Assembly (NCBI RefSeq): GCF_009834535.1 | Contig: NC_045696.1 | Span: forward strand, 106,828,001-106,892,000 | Reading direction: 5' to 3' | DNA: 64,000 bases | Source of the DNA: Camelus ferus | Lineage: Eukaryota | Part shown: in pieces, positions 13,251-25,705 of the stretch | Layout of the letters: the number at the start of each line of letters is the position of its first letter | Position numbering within the stretch: position 1 is the stretch's first letter | The notes under the pieces: model-generated | Seen by the model: the letters and a program-made list of their open reading frames with translations, nothing else | Databases searched by the model: none | What the model was told of the DNA's origin: nothing | Program-made: the position numbers and the translations under genes

Positions 13251-13887
13251 CAATGTAGAAAAGAGCACTTCCTTGATTTATTGTATGTGTCAGTAGCATA
13301 ATTCAAATGCAAGCATAATCATGAAAATGTGTATTTGAATAGGTAAAGCTCACAAATGCCATCACCAAAGTAGCTTAAATAAATGTGAGGCTTTTCCCCT
13401 TTCCAAAGCTTTGTAAGCTGCCTGAGATCACTGAGGAGTCCTGTTAAAGTACACAGCAGCAGAAAAGGGTTTTAATATGGAGTCTGAAATCATGAAACAC
13501 AGAGCAACGTCAGAGATCTTCGAGGACGATGTGCTAGCCCTATTGAAGCAATTAAGGTTCCAAGGGGTAAAGTGAGTGGATCAAGGTTGCATGGCTTCTC
13601 TGTGATGGTTTCAGGACTAAAATTCCCTTGACATTCCACCTAGTGTTTCATTCTTACAAATGAGAGAGGGCTGGCTCACTCTTTACTAGCGACCCCTACT
13701 TGCTAGATGTGAACTTATTAAAGCTTTCTTGACCATTCCCGATTATCTTTCTATCAGTGGAAATGATCTTTTTTGTCATCCTGCTTTCCCCGCAGCCACC
13801 TTTAATACTGCACCTTAAGGATTTATTGAACTGGTCTGTCTTCTCCACTAATCTGATAGTTCTTTAAGGGCAGGAACCATGATGTAT

Positions 13888-13972
13888 TTCCTTCCTTCCT
13901 TCCTTTCTTCCTTCCTGCCTGCCTGCCTGCCTTCCTGCCTTCCTTTCTTCCTTGTCTTTCTCTCTTTCTTTC
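13888..13972. repeat. (CCTT)n/(CCTG)n low-complexity pyrimidine tract
   Basis: Direct reading. Confidence 0.9.
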
Positions 13973-13974
13973 TG

Positions 13975-14187
13975 GGCACCTCAGTCCTTGTTCTTAAAGC
14001 CTTCTACTGATTGGATGAGGCTCACCTACATTATGGAAGGTAATCTGCTTTACACAATGTCTACTGATTAAAATGTTAATCACAACTAAAAAATACTTTT
14101 ACAGCAATATCTAGACTGGTATTTGGCCACACAACCAGGTACTGTAGCCTAGACAAACTGATACATAAAATTAACCATCACCATCAC
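13975..14187 (-). mobile_element. MLT2 (ERVL) LTR fragment
   Basis: gattggatgaggctcacctacattatggaaggtaatctgcttta...acataaaattaaccatcac is the antisense MLT2 5' end. Confidence 0.75.
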
Positions 14188-14189
14188 AA

Positions 14190-14535
14190 ATAGTAATGAA
14201 AGGAGAGAAGATTGTGAGAGATTGTGATCAGGAAGTTGGATGCTTGAATTAGTGAATTTGGAGGTACAGCAGTATGACAGTCCATGTTGTGGATAACTAG
14301 GGTGGAGGAAGGAGGTCTTTGGAGATGTGAAGGCCAAGGAATTGAGAGACCGGCATAATGACAGGATTCATCTGCTTGGACGATGAAGTCATCAAGGATG
14401 CTATCAGATAACACAGAGAGGAAGAATTTGAGCTATGAGCTAAAGCACTTACTGAATGATGGGTAATGATCAGGAGGAAGAAAGGTGACGAAGAAAGGGG
14501 AGAGAGGGTGATATGGTCAAATGGCATGAATCTCA
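14190..14535 (-). mobile_element. L2 internal fragment
   Basis: gagattgtgatcaggaagttggatgcttga and gatgaagtcatcaaggatg resemble antisense L2 ORF2. Confidence 0.55.
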
Positions 14536-14826
14536 GTGAAGTGGATTCTTACCCTCAGCTCCATCACTGGGTGGCCGTAAGCAAATTACTTAATCTCTGT
14601 GTGCCCAGGCTTTTTCATGTCTCACACAGAAATTCCAGTCCTGCTTTTCTATTCCAGGATTGTGGTAGGGATCAAGGATGGTGGTAAATGAAAAAAGAGT
14701 TTGAAAACCTGAAAGGCAGCAAAACTGATTAAAGATAGGTAGGATTTCTTGGTAACGATAGTTACTAAAACTGGAGTAGGTCTCCAAACAAGTGAAAGAA
14801 TTTCTGGTTTTGATTCAAAGAACCTG

Positions 14827-15331
14827 AGGTAGCCAGCCTCCATGATGGCCCCTAAATGACCCCCACCTCCTGGTATTCACACTCTTATGTAGGCCCTCCC
14901 ACATTTAATAGGACTGACGTATATAATGAAAATAATGTGATGGAAGTGATGGGATGTGACTTCCAAGACGAGGTCACAGAAAGCATTGTGGTTTCCACCT
15001 TGCTGTAAGATCACTTGCTCTGGCAGAAGCCAGTTGCCTTGTCATGAGACATGACAGTCCTGCTTAGGAGCCTGTTACTAGGAGCTGAGGCCGCCTTCCA
15101 GTAGCCATGTGAGAGAGCCATGTTGAACACAAACCCTCTAGTCCCAGGTAAGCTTGCAAAAGACTGCAGCCCCAGGCAATATGGCAACTGCAAGGTGAGA
15201 GACCCTGAGCCAGGAACACCTACATGAGCTGCTCTTGAATTCCTGACCAACAGAGACTGTGAGCGAAAAATATTTTTTATTTTAAGCCACTAAGCTTTAG
15301 AGTAATTTGTTATGCAGCAATAAATAATATA
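14827..15331 (+). mobile_element. MLT1F-like MaLR solo LTR
   Basis: Starts gtagccagcctccatgatggcccc...tcctggtattcacac; ends tttaagccactaag...taatttgttatgcagcaata. Confidence 0.8.
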
Positions 15332-17384
15332 AGAGGTGTTTGTGTCAACTGAATCTTAAACCTCTTCTTTATTCGTGCTTCCTACCTGTGAGTGGAAGTG
15401 AAAGTATATGCTTAGAAATGCATGTTGACAGAAGCCAGGAGGCATGTCTTTCTGTTGTGAGGTGTTGGGGAGTCTCTTATGCTCCTTAGACTTCAGCTCA
15501 CCCAGGTGTGAGATGGAGGGTTGCCCTGACACTCCAGGCTCTGTCTAGCTGTCAATTCTGTGAGCAACGTCTTAATGACAGAGTTGGCTCGCAAACCACA
15601 TGTGATCTTACTATGATGCCAAATTAAAGCTCAACAGACCAATTTCATTCACTGAATTGCCATCAAACTCTTTTTCAGAGGGAAGGCAGACCAGAGCAAG
15701 GCCAAGGAAAGGTAACCCCACAATCAGGCATCAGGTCCAGGGGCAAGGAGCAGGGCAAAAAGAACTGGAAAGAATGTAGGCAAGCCTAAATCCAATCTTT
15801 ATAAAGAGGTTTCTCCCGACATACGCCCCAAAATGTGTTGTCTGCAGTTCTGCCTTCGTGATACGCTTGATTATATATTTATATATTTCTGTTCCCTCTA
15901 GATTTGTTTCACCTTATAAATAATATTACATTTCACAAAATTAAATTTCTGGAGTTCCTGCTCTGACTATATCTTTCCAATAACCACATGATTTGAAAAT
16001 TGAAAAAAAAAAATAGCAGAATAGGTCATCTAGTATTTTAGATACATGTAATTCTCACACAGTGAAGTTTTTCTTCCGCCGTGGTTAACTCCATCCATTT
16101 CCCACATTTGCCCATTTTAAAAAGTAAGAGATTCATATTCAGTTAAGTTGGTTCAATTTTTTTTATATCCTCTGACCTAGGTTTCCACACTCCCCCACCG
16201 GCTGTAACATCTGTGGGGCTGTCTTTCAGTCAAGACCGACCTGGTAAAAGTAAGGGTGTGTGTAGCTAGTTGGTGTTCTTAAGAGAGGATCAGATCCACG
16301 TCTTTCTCTGTTCTGTTTTCTTAGTTATAGCTTAGATGGCTGTTCTCCCAATCCATCTTTCACTCCTCCTCTGGTCTCTCTCTTTCTCACACACACAATT
16401 GATCCTAAACTGAAGGGAAGTAGGCCTTCTGTCTAACTTGTTTTTAGGGTTGTATAAGCACCTGCTTTTGAAAGGTAGTGCTGCTTTCTGATTGTATCAG
16501 ACACATCTTTTGTGCCGCCTCAGATTCCCTCAGCAGCGCCGCCTCCAGGCCCTCAGCCACTGGCTCTGTCTCAGCTGCTGCTCCTGCCTCCCACCCCCAC
16601 CCGGACCCCACACTTCCCTCTGACTGCGGCCACGCCAGCTGCTTGCCTGGGGATGCTGGGTCCCCGCCCACCTAGGCCGCAGCTGTGCAGCCAGGCTAAC
16701 CAGAATGCAAGTCTCGTCCCTGTCCCCTTCTGCCACTTCTAGACTCTGATGAGATCCACCCCACAGGGTGGGGAAGTCCAGGGTGGCCAAGGGAGCTGGA
16801 CGTCACAACCCAGAAGTCCCAGGTTGGGGGGGATTGGAGGATGAGTAGTGGTGGTTAGTGACCTACAGGATGAAATTTTACCAACAGGAAACAGGCCATG
16901 ACACAGAGCCCACCAATAAATTTCCTCTTCTTTCTCCTTCCCGTGGACTGGGCCAAACGCAGCTTTTGGAGCTGCCCTGCCTGGCCCTGCAGTTGCCCCT
17001 GCAAAGTCACCTGCTTGTCTCCTCCAGGCTCCTGGTAAGACGGTGACCAGGGAAGTCATGCATCATCGCATTCTCTTTCTCTGCTTCCTCTCCTCCCTGC
17101 CTCCCTCACCTTTATGCTCTCTCTGTCCTGGGATTTGACCTCCCAGATACTCAGCTCCTCATCCTTGACTGTCTTCTAGGGAACCTAGACTAAAACACTA
17201 ACTATTCCAGTACTGTTTTTAGAGTAATTCATTTATACGCCTTTCCTGTCTTCCTGCTCAAAATCCTTGTGTGGACTTTGGGGATCTGCCTGCCCATGTG
17301 GGTCTATATTCAACGTTTACCGATGTCTACATACACATATACTTAGAGTTTCTCTCTATAATTAGAGGTACGTGAGCTACCCTG

Positions 17385-17750
17385 ACCTCACTGCTGGTTC
17401 TTGGACATTTCAGGCATGTTCCCACCTTTGTCTTTGCTTTTCCTTCTGCCTGGATGACTCTTGACCCAAATGTCCACATTCCATCACCTTCTTCTGGTGC
17501 TCAGTGAGTTTTCCTCTGATATTTCTATTTAAAATTGGAGCCCTCCCCTCTTCTAGCAGCCCCCATCTCCTCTCCTGCTTTATTCTCCTGCATAGCTTTG
17601 TTTTTCTGCCTCTCCAACTAGAATATGGGCAACACAATGAGGGCACAAATTTTCTGTATATTTTCTTTACTACTATGTCTGCCAGTGCCTAGAACGGTGG
17701 CTTGCACATGGAAGTGCTCAGTTAGTGATAGTTAAATGGATGAATGAATT
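17385..17750 (+). mobile_element. L2a/b 3' end
   Basis: ccttctgcctggatgactct...gtgcctagaacggtggcttgcacatggaagtgctc...gaatgaa. Confidence 0.75.
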
Positions 17751-18019
17751 AATCAACCCATTGATCAATTGTTAATATCTATGAGATAGTGTGTCAGCAC
17801 TGACTCATTTTCAGAGGAAAGGTTGTATCATGTATATCTCTAGAACACCTAAAATGGGCTTACATGGTGATTGAGTGCATACAGTGAAAATGATAAAGTT
17901 CATAGGAAAAATCCATACCTTTAAGTAGGCACTGAGAATCTACTGTGTTCCAATCGCAAGTGGAAGCAGATGTTAGCAGCCTACCTCCAGTTCTCCCATT
18001 CAAGACTTATCCAACCTTT

Positions 18020-18170
18020 GACAACTGACTTAACCTTTTCCTAGTCCCAGAACTCACCTATGAGGTTGGGATAATCTCCCAGGGATTATTAAAAGGATTA
18101 AATGATACAACGCAAGTAAGTTGCCTAACACACTGGAATTGCATAATAAATATTTATAGTTATAATGTTT
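18020..18170 (+). mobile_element. MIR fragment
   Basis: agggattattaaaaggattaaatgataca...aacacactgg. Confidence 0.5.
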
Positions 18171-20767
18171 TATTAATATTACAATTTGTAAGAAGTTACA
18201 TAGAGATACGATCCTAGAGAAGGTGGGACTTGAAGAATATTTAGGATGTGCAGGAAGAGGGAAAAGTAGAGGGAAGGAGGCAAGAACAAGTCTAGAAGCC
18301 CAGAGGCAGGGATGCACAGGGTGCGTTGGAGGGAGCAGCACCGCAGGTGATGGAGGGGGAAGGAGTAGGGCAGGGGGAGATGTGTGGACAGATTATGTCA
18401 GGAGCTTGGATTTTAAATACAGCTCTCACTGGTGGGTTTTGAAGATCTTGGGAATGGAGAAAGGAAGGGAGACCTGTCTTGGTAGAGCTAAAGGGAGGGA
18501 AGAAGGAAAGATGGAAAAAAAGTTGAGAAGCCAAAGTAAAGACTGGCCCTTGCCCAAAAATAGCCTTCTCATGTGTGATATTCTCTTAGAATGTATTTAA
18601 AGCATTAAGATGAGAGGGCAGTTCAGAGCACTGGATTAATTCCCTTTTCTCTCTCCCCCTCTCTTTCTCTTGCCCTTTTATTAAGAAAATAAAAGAGACT
18701 TTGAAATATTAAGAGATAGTGGGATTAGAACCTTCTCCTGCCAGCCCCAGTCTTTCCTCCCCTATTAATTTCCACTTGATTAGAATTCTTTTTGATGTGT
18801 TTAAATATGGACAATAGGAAATAGAAGGGTGAGTTATTGAATATCAGTGAGACAGTATTAAAATAATCGCAGCTCCCATTTTTTTATATAGACACTTCAT
18901 CTATATGTATAGTTTCCATTAGGAATAAAGTAGACACCCCCTTCTCCCCTACCTCAAGTAATTATGATTTTTTTTAGCTATAATGAAACTCTTAAAAGTT
19001 AATAGCTGATTTGTAAATCTGCAGCTTAAATTTTTTAATTTAAAAAAATAAGTTTTAGAACTCTGGAAAACTAAGAATTATTTTTTCTTGCTTTTTCTTT
19101 TCTTTTCTTTTCTTTTTTTTTAAGATGTGAGGGACTTCCCTAACTTTAAACTGAATCAGTGAGGGCTTTTTAGTACATGCGCACTTTTGAAAAGAGCCAG
19201 GGCTCTTGGTTGGAAGCTGTGGTGCTCTGAGGAACCCTCTTCACTTAGGGGCTGTGTGGAGGGGATGATACTGGTGCTCAAAAGTTCTCCAGAAATACGA
19301 GAAAATGTCTCATGGCAAATGCAGCTGCTTATTCTTCTTTAATAACACGCCCATCCCTGCCTGCAATCTAGTCCTGACGTTGGCTTTCATGCTGAAAGCT
19401 AGATCTAAAGACCCTTGAGGAACAAAACAGGGGTCTCAGAGTTTATTTAATGCATGGAATTGGGGCTTTCTGAGATGATCATTATGGAACTCCTAGGGTG
19501 CTAGCACCAAGGACTCATGGCTCTTTAGAAGTCAGTTCTTGATAAACAGCAATTCATAAATCTTTTCTGGAAACCTAGAAATGTCTTTAGACTTATAAAT
19601 CTTACCTTTTCATATTACCACTAGCTACTCGAGGCCCAAAATATTTAATTGGCTTACAAGTAAAATATTCTTTTCAAATCGTTCCAGCCAAACACAAACT
19701 ATGCTAGTACCTTCTGTTATTGATTTGTATATTTCCTTTGACACATAGGAGCACTGAGTCCCTGTCACCTGTGTGGGAAAGGACAGAGACACAAGGCTTA
19801 TGCTGGAAGAGTTCAGACTCCTTAGGAGTGTAAGCAACAGCGGGAAAATATAAATCAATGGGAGAGGTGGGGAAGCAGGGCATAAAAATACACAGATACA
19901 GAGGAGAAATTCAGCAAAAGCTTCCTCTGTCAGACTAACTAGGAGGCAGTCTGCCTGAATAAGCAAAAATCTTGACTCACATTTATGCCTTAACATTTTA
20001 GAAGGGTAAATTCTCAGTCCTCATGAATCCCCGTCTTCCTACATACTGCTGCCCCGTAGACTTGGCCCCAAGAAGCCCCAAGGCCGCAGCAAAAGGCAGA
20101 TGTGAGCAAGTGGCTGGCACCCCGCAGCCCTGATTCAAATCTGTGCTTCAACAAAAGGTTTTAATGAAGATATTTTAGGCATCTTTGGGTCACTTACTCA
20201 ATTACTCCTGAATACTAGGCCTGAAAAAGTCACAGGTCTGACCCACAGACTATAGCTAAGAAAATCCATTTGTTGCGTCCGGATACATCAAGTTGCACAT
20301 TCTGATGACTGACAAAGTGTCCTTATGGAGACGTACTTCTGGGCTTGCTTTGATCAGTGCCTGAGGCTTGTCATTCCTTGAAGACCAGGGTCATGGCCTC
20401 TGCACTCCCCACATCGTCTTGTACAACATAGAATATCAATCCAATACTTACTCTTTGCACTGGAATCAAAGGACCAAAAATTTATGAACATTTTTAATGT
20501 ATTTGATGGCTGAGCTTTCTGAGCAACAAAACAGCAAAAAAACAAATAGTGAAATATAGTCAGACAATGGGCGGTAATACTAAAGAATGCTTTCAGTTAG
20601 AATCCCCTGGGAAATGTCAGGCTTATACTCACCCTGTGTCTGGAACCCAGTCAACTGGATGCTACAGTAAGTTCATTACCTAAAGTAAGCAACGTGACCT
20701 CCCTGGACTTGCCGCATTCTGCTGGCCCAGTATTCACCATCCTCGCCTCCTCTGTGAGGGTACCCAG

Positions 20768-21755
20768 CGGGGCTGACTTCGTGGGGGTGTGACCCATGTG
20801 GAAGTACGGGGCCCTGCATTTACAAGGGGGCCCCAGGCTTGGTTTAATGCTCTGCTCTTACCAGTTGAGATTCTTAATCATCCTTTTTTTTTTATTATAT
20901 GTATATATATTTTTATTAAAGTATAGTCAGTTTACAATGTTGTGTCCATTTCTGGTGTTCGGCATTATGTTTCAGTCATATATATGTATTTTTTTTCATT
21001 GTAGGTTACTGCAAGATATTAAACATAGTTCCCTGTGCTGTACAGTATAAACTTGTTAATCGATTTTATATGTAGTAGTTAGGATCTACAAATCTCGAAT
21101 TCCCAATTTATCCCTTCCTACCCTCTTCCCCCACTGGTAACCATAAGTTTGTTTTCTATGTCTGTGAGTCTGCTTCTGTTTTGTAAATAAGTTCATTTGC
21201 GTCTTTTTTATTAAGATTCCACATATAAGCGATCTCATATGGTATTTTTCTTTCTCTTTCTGGCTTACTTCACTTAAAATGACATTCTCCAGGGACATCC
21301 ATGTTGCTGCAAATGGTATTATTTTATAACATTTTATGGCTGAGTAGTATTCCATTGTATAAATACACCACAGCTTCTTTATCCAGTCATCTGTCGATGG
21401 ACATTTAGGTTGTTTCCATGTCTTGGCTGTTGTAAATAGTGCTGCTATGAACATTGGGTGCATGTATCTTTCTGAGTTAGAGTTTCCTCCAGATATAAGC
21501 CCAGGACTGGAATTGCTGGATTATAAGGTGAGTGTATTTTCAGTTTTTTAAGGAATCTTTATACTGTTTTCCATAATGGCTGCACCAAACTACATTCCCA
21601 CCAGCTGTGTAGGAGGGTTCCCTTTCTCCACACCCTCACCAGCATCTATCATTTGTGGACTTTTAAATAATCACCATTCTGTCTTAATCATCTCTGAACA
21701 AGGGACTCCACATCTTCACTTTGTCCTGGGCCCCACAAATTATGTCGCTGGTTCA
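20768..21755 (+). mobile_element. MER91A-like hAT MITE split by an L1 insertion
   Basis: Left half gggccccaggcttggtttaatgctctgctc (20768-20882); right half gaacaagggactccacatc...tgggccccacaaattatgtcgctgg (21682-21755). Confidence 0.7.
20883..21681 (-). mobile_element. 5'-truncated lineage-specific (camelid-like) L1, ~0.8 kb
   Basis: ORF 21086..21463(-) MFIAALFTTAKTWKQPKCPSTDDWIKKLW... is the L1 ORF2 C-terminus; poly(T) at ~20884; TSD tcttaatcatc at 20872-20882 and 21682-21692. Confidence 0.95.
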
Positions 21756-23299
21756 GGTCCCAGATTCACCACTTGAGGGACCGGTTGTTCTGAAATGAAT
21801 TAAAGCTATAGATTTTTTTTCCTAATTCATGTGTTGCCCAAACCCCTGAATTTAAACTATAGGAATTCTATTCTCAGGCCCTATGCCTATATTTTCCTTT
21901 CAAGTAGGGCCATACGTGACAGAACAGCACTCACTGTAAGAATTCCTAAGACTCTCCCTTGGAATCCTGGCTCTTTTCTATGACTAGAAATCCCTAATTC
22001 TAGATACCTGCTTGGCCATTACCTACTGGCCACACCAGAACAGAGGGCTGAGAAATCCTACTGGATCTTTGTGCAACTCAGGAGGGAGTGTTTGCAACTG
22101 CCAACTATTCAACACCATGAGCTGTCATAGGGCAAGTCAGCAGGCGTGGCTGGCCTCCTGGACATGGCCACCAGCATCCTGAGGGCTGTGGCCCCAAAGG
22201 ACCTTGGGATTGATCTCATCAACTCATCAGAGAAGATTAGGAAATAGAAGCCCAGGGATGAGAAAGGATTCGCCCAAGGTTGCTGCTGGTGCTTTACAGA
22301 CAGTGAGTTCAGGAATCCAGGTCTCCTCTGATTTCCTGTGCCTCCTTCCTCATCACCCTCGTTGGAGCCTTAAGTTGTATGGAGCAGGTCTGATTTTTCC
22401 CACTGCTAATGGGGAGGGAGTCAGAAACCACCAGTACCGAAGTGATATCAGATCCAGTGCCCTCTGTTCTGGGCAAGTATTCGTGGAGATTCAAAATAGT
22501 ACTTGGAAGTAGAATCATAGATGCAGGTATGTTCACCTTCGTATGCAGGCACCATGCAATCATGAAGACAGCCTTAAGGGAGGACTGAAGGTGAATGGCT
22601 TCTCTCTGGAAGCCCGACGTCAGGAGGAGATCTTTTCATCCTTCAAGACCCAGATAAAGCCCACTTTGTCCCCAGTGATGGCCCCAACTACCCAAGCTCT
22701 CACTATTTTCCTGGTATTGTGGGTTCCAGTAGCATCTGGAATCTGTACCACATGGCCCAGAACCTGACAGTTACACTCTTTTGTATTAATCTATTGTTAT
22801 TAATGAATTAATCTTGTTATAATTCATTATTGAGCCTCCTGTGTTCATTTGAGCCCAAGCTTACATTTTCTGAGATCAGCAAGTGTTCTTGTTAACTTGA
22901 TTCTCCCTTAGAAGTAGCTTCAAGTGATGAGAGAAACATGACTGAGCATGACAGCCTGGGTTGACAGATGCTGCCCTCCTCCCCCTGCCATACGCGCACA
23001 CACACAAACACGCACAAAAGGAATTGTCTTTGGTTCACCAGAACTCTTAGGCCCTACCTACATTACTTCTTCTAGAGTCCAAAAGTGAGAGAGAAAAAGA
23101 ACGGGGAAATTCCAACTGCGTGGTCCCAGCCTCCAAACTGGTCCCTGGCCCCTATTCTCCTGGCCCTGCCTTGAGCCGGCAGGAAATCTAGGCTCCTGGC
23201 CACTCTGGGAAAGGCAAACTAATAGAACCCCTCCTTCATCCCTGGTCCCTCTTGCCTCCAGGTTGCTTAAAGATAACCTGTCTTGGGACTGAATTCACA

Positions 23300-24460
23300 T
23301 CTTTTGTCTTTTTAGATGGTGTTTGCTGAAATGGCCTGAATTTCTAAATTTGATGAACCCTGGAAATTGGCTTTCCTCAAATCTGAGCTGAGAGATGGGG
23401 GTGCGGGGGGTTCCCAAAGACAACAGACCACAGGCAGGAAGACGGAAAGAAAAAGGAAAAAAAAATACCATGAAAGAATGTGGTTGTGGGCTTTTGTTTT
23501 TGGCTTTTATAAAAGGTTTTTGAAGCCAAAGAACAAGGCAAGGTAGAAAATGATAGGGAACAACCACACAACCGGAGAAAGGGAAGGGACAAAATACAAC
23601 TGTTCCCTCTCTGGTTTTCTCAAAACAAAACAAGAAAGAAAGAAAGAAAAAAACTGAATAACAAAAGCAGAATTATTCTCAAAAGCTGTCATGCTATAAA
23701 AATCAGTTGGTGAGGAGTATTACTAGCTTGGAGCTAGGGAAAAAAATCATTTCTGAAGTGCATGTTTAGAGAGTGGTTTTTTTAATGCAATAAAAATGGA
23801 AAAGAATTTGGAGGGTGGGGTAGGGGGAAGCCCTCCCGCCGCAGCGCTGGGCCGCTTCTGTCTTCCGGCTCTGGGCGAAGATGCCCAGCCTTTCAGCAAC
23901 CCATTATCGGCCTCGCTCCTCTGCATTATTCTCCGGCAACCTTATCAGACACAAGCATCGCCTCAGATGCTGTGACTGGAGTCTTGTAATTGTCCCCGGT
24001 TAGAGCTCAATAGCACCTTGAACCATCAGAGCAATCTCGGCTTTTAAGGAAAGGTCTCCACAAGGAGATGTGGTGAGAGAATTTGCCTGTGGCTATGTGA
24101 GTTCTTTAATAGCCAACTCTCTCTCCTCTGCCAGCCCTCGCTGCAGAGCCTGTGGAGAGATGAGAAGTCTCTTTATTTATCACAGGGCTCTTCCGAGTGC
24201 CTGTTAGGCAATGATCATATTATTTATTACCAGGTGCGCGGTGCTGTTGGGGGCAGGGTGGGAAATGATTACTTTAATGGGCCTTCGGCAGACACGGGCC
24301 CCAGGAGATGAAGGCGGGGAAGGGGAGGAAGAAAATGCAGAGGACAGGGAGGGTTTTGCTGGGGCCGCTTAAAGGTGAGACAGAAAAGCCTGCACAGGAA
24401 AACATAATTTATGGCAAATATGTATTATACGTGATTAATTACGGTAATTCAGTAGTAAAA
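23300..24460. promoter_or_regulatory. Repeat-free, CpG-retaining block; candidate conserved enhancer
   Basis: No recognisable repeat; local CpGs (23836-23960, 24236-24300); TAATTTATGG 24405-24414, TGATTAAT 24432-24439, CTTATC 23941-23946. Confidence 0.4.
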
Positions 24461-25144
24461 GGGGAGGATGAACGGGGTTCTCAAGTAGGTGTCTACTTGC
24501 AATCACATCACCTAACGCTTGAAGAAAGTTTGAGAAAGGCTTCTCCTGCTAGGGAACTAGCAGGATTAGTTTTGGGTCCTGAGAATTAAATTTTCTAATG
24601 CTGGGAGACCCAGGTCTCAGGACATGATCAAGAAGTATCAGGCCCTCAGAGGTACACACTCTCCAGACCAGGAGCTCTAATTTAAACAAATCAGGTTTTT
24701 TGTTTTTCTAAAAGACATAAATAATATCAAGAGACTGGCTATGGAACACAGACTTTGGAGTCTTGGAGAAAGAGATTTTGTTAGAATTCTTTCCAGGTTG
24801 AAGGTTCATCAGGTTCGATGGAATCTCAGATCGCCAGGCTTCTCTGAGCAAACCAAGGGACAGGCAGGTGGTGAGGTCTGGATGCAGCTCCCGGGGCAGT
24901 GTCTGCTCCTGCTGGTTCTATGCTGGTTGTCTGGTCCTCCAGACACTGTTTTCTCCCAAATGCCCACCTCCTCCCAGTCCCCCAGCTGGAAAGGACAACT
25001 GAGTCAGGGAAATCCTCACTGACAATCATGTCATCCTTCCATGGAAACTAAATGCAACAGATCTTTTAAAGTGAAGGAGACACTTCCTCCTTCCATCCAA
25101 CTTCCCACCCCTATCATAGGTGGTCCAGCTAGAAGATAAGTACC

Positions 25145-25705
25145 CTAATCAGGATGATATTAAGCTACAAAGTACAGATGCCCAACTACAGCGACTTGAA
25201 TAAGATAAGAATTAATTTTTCCATGTGAAGTCTGGAGGTTGACATCTAGGACTGTTGTTGCTGATACTCTGCAAATCTTAAGAGCATGGTTTCTAGTCTC
25301 AGGGTTGCCTCATGGTTGCAAAATGAATACTGTGGCTCTGGCAATCACATCAGAGTTCCAGGTAGGAGGCAAGAAGAAGGAAGAAGGTGAAGGAGTAAAG
25401 GGCAAATAAGAAGAAGGAAGGTAAAGGTTAGAGGATAATGGGGGTGCATGTAAAAATGTACATGCCCAGCCAGTCAGCCCCCATTTTAAAGGCACTTTCC
25501 CAGAAGCACACTACTCATCAACTCCCAGTGCTCAGGGAACCTTGCCCCGGCAAGATTATACCTCATTTACCAGAACATCACATGGGTACTGTTATCCATT
25601 AAGGAACTTGGAAATGTGTTGTTTTCTTTTGTTTTTAAGCTGGGCATACTATCAGCCCCCACAAAACCAGAGTTTGTCAGTAAATTAGAAGAGGGGAGTA
25701 GATTT
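25145..25705 (-). mobile_element. Old MLT1 (J/K/L-like) LTR
   Basis: ctcatggttgcaaaatg...gctctggcaatcacatc...cacatggg...aaggaacttggaaatgt pattern. Confidence 0.55.

Noticed and set aside
19080..19132. Long pyrimidine tract ending taag, followed by atgtgagg
   Set aside because: Would imply an implausible 2-nt exon; more likely a simple (CTTTT)n tract
21086..21463. 125-aa ORF with real protein similarity
   Set aside because: C-terminus of L1 ORF2 in a 5'-truncated copy, not a host gene; same for ORFs at 8492, 47367 and 60142
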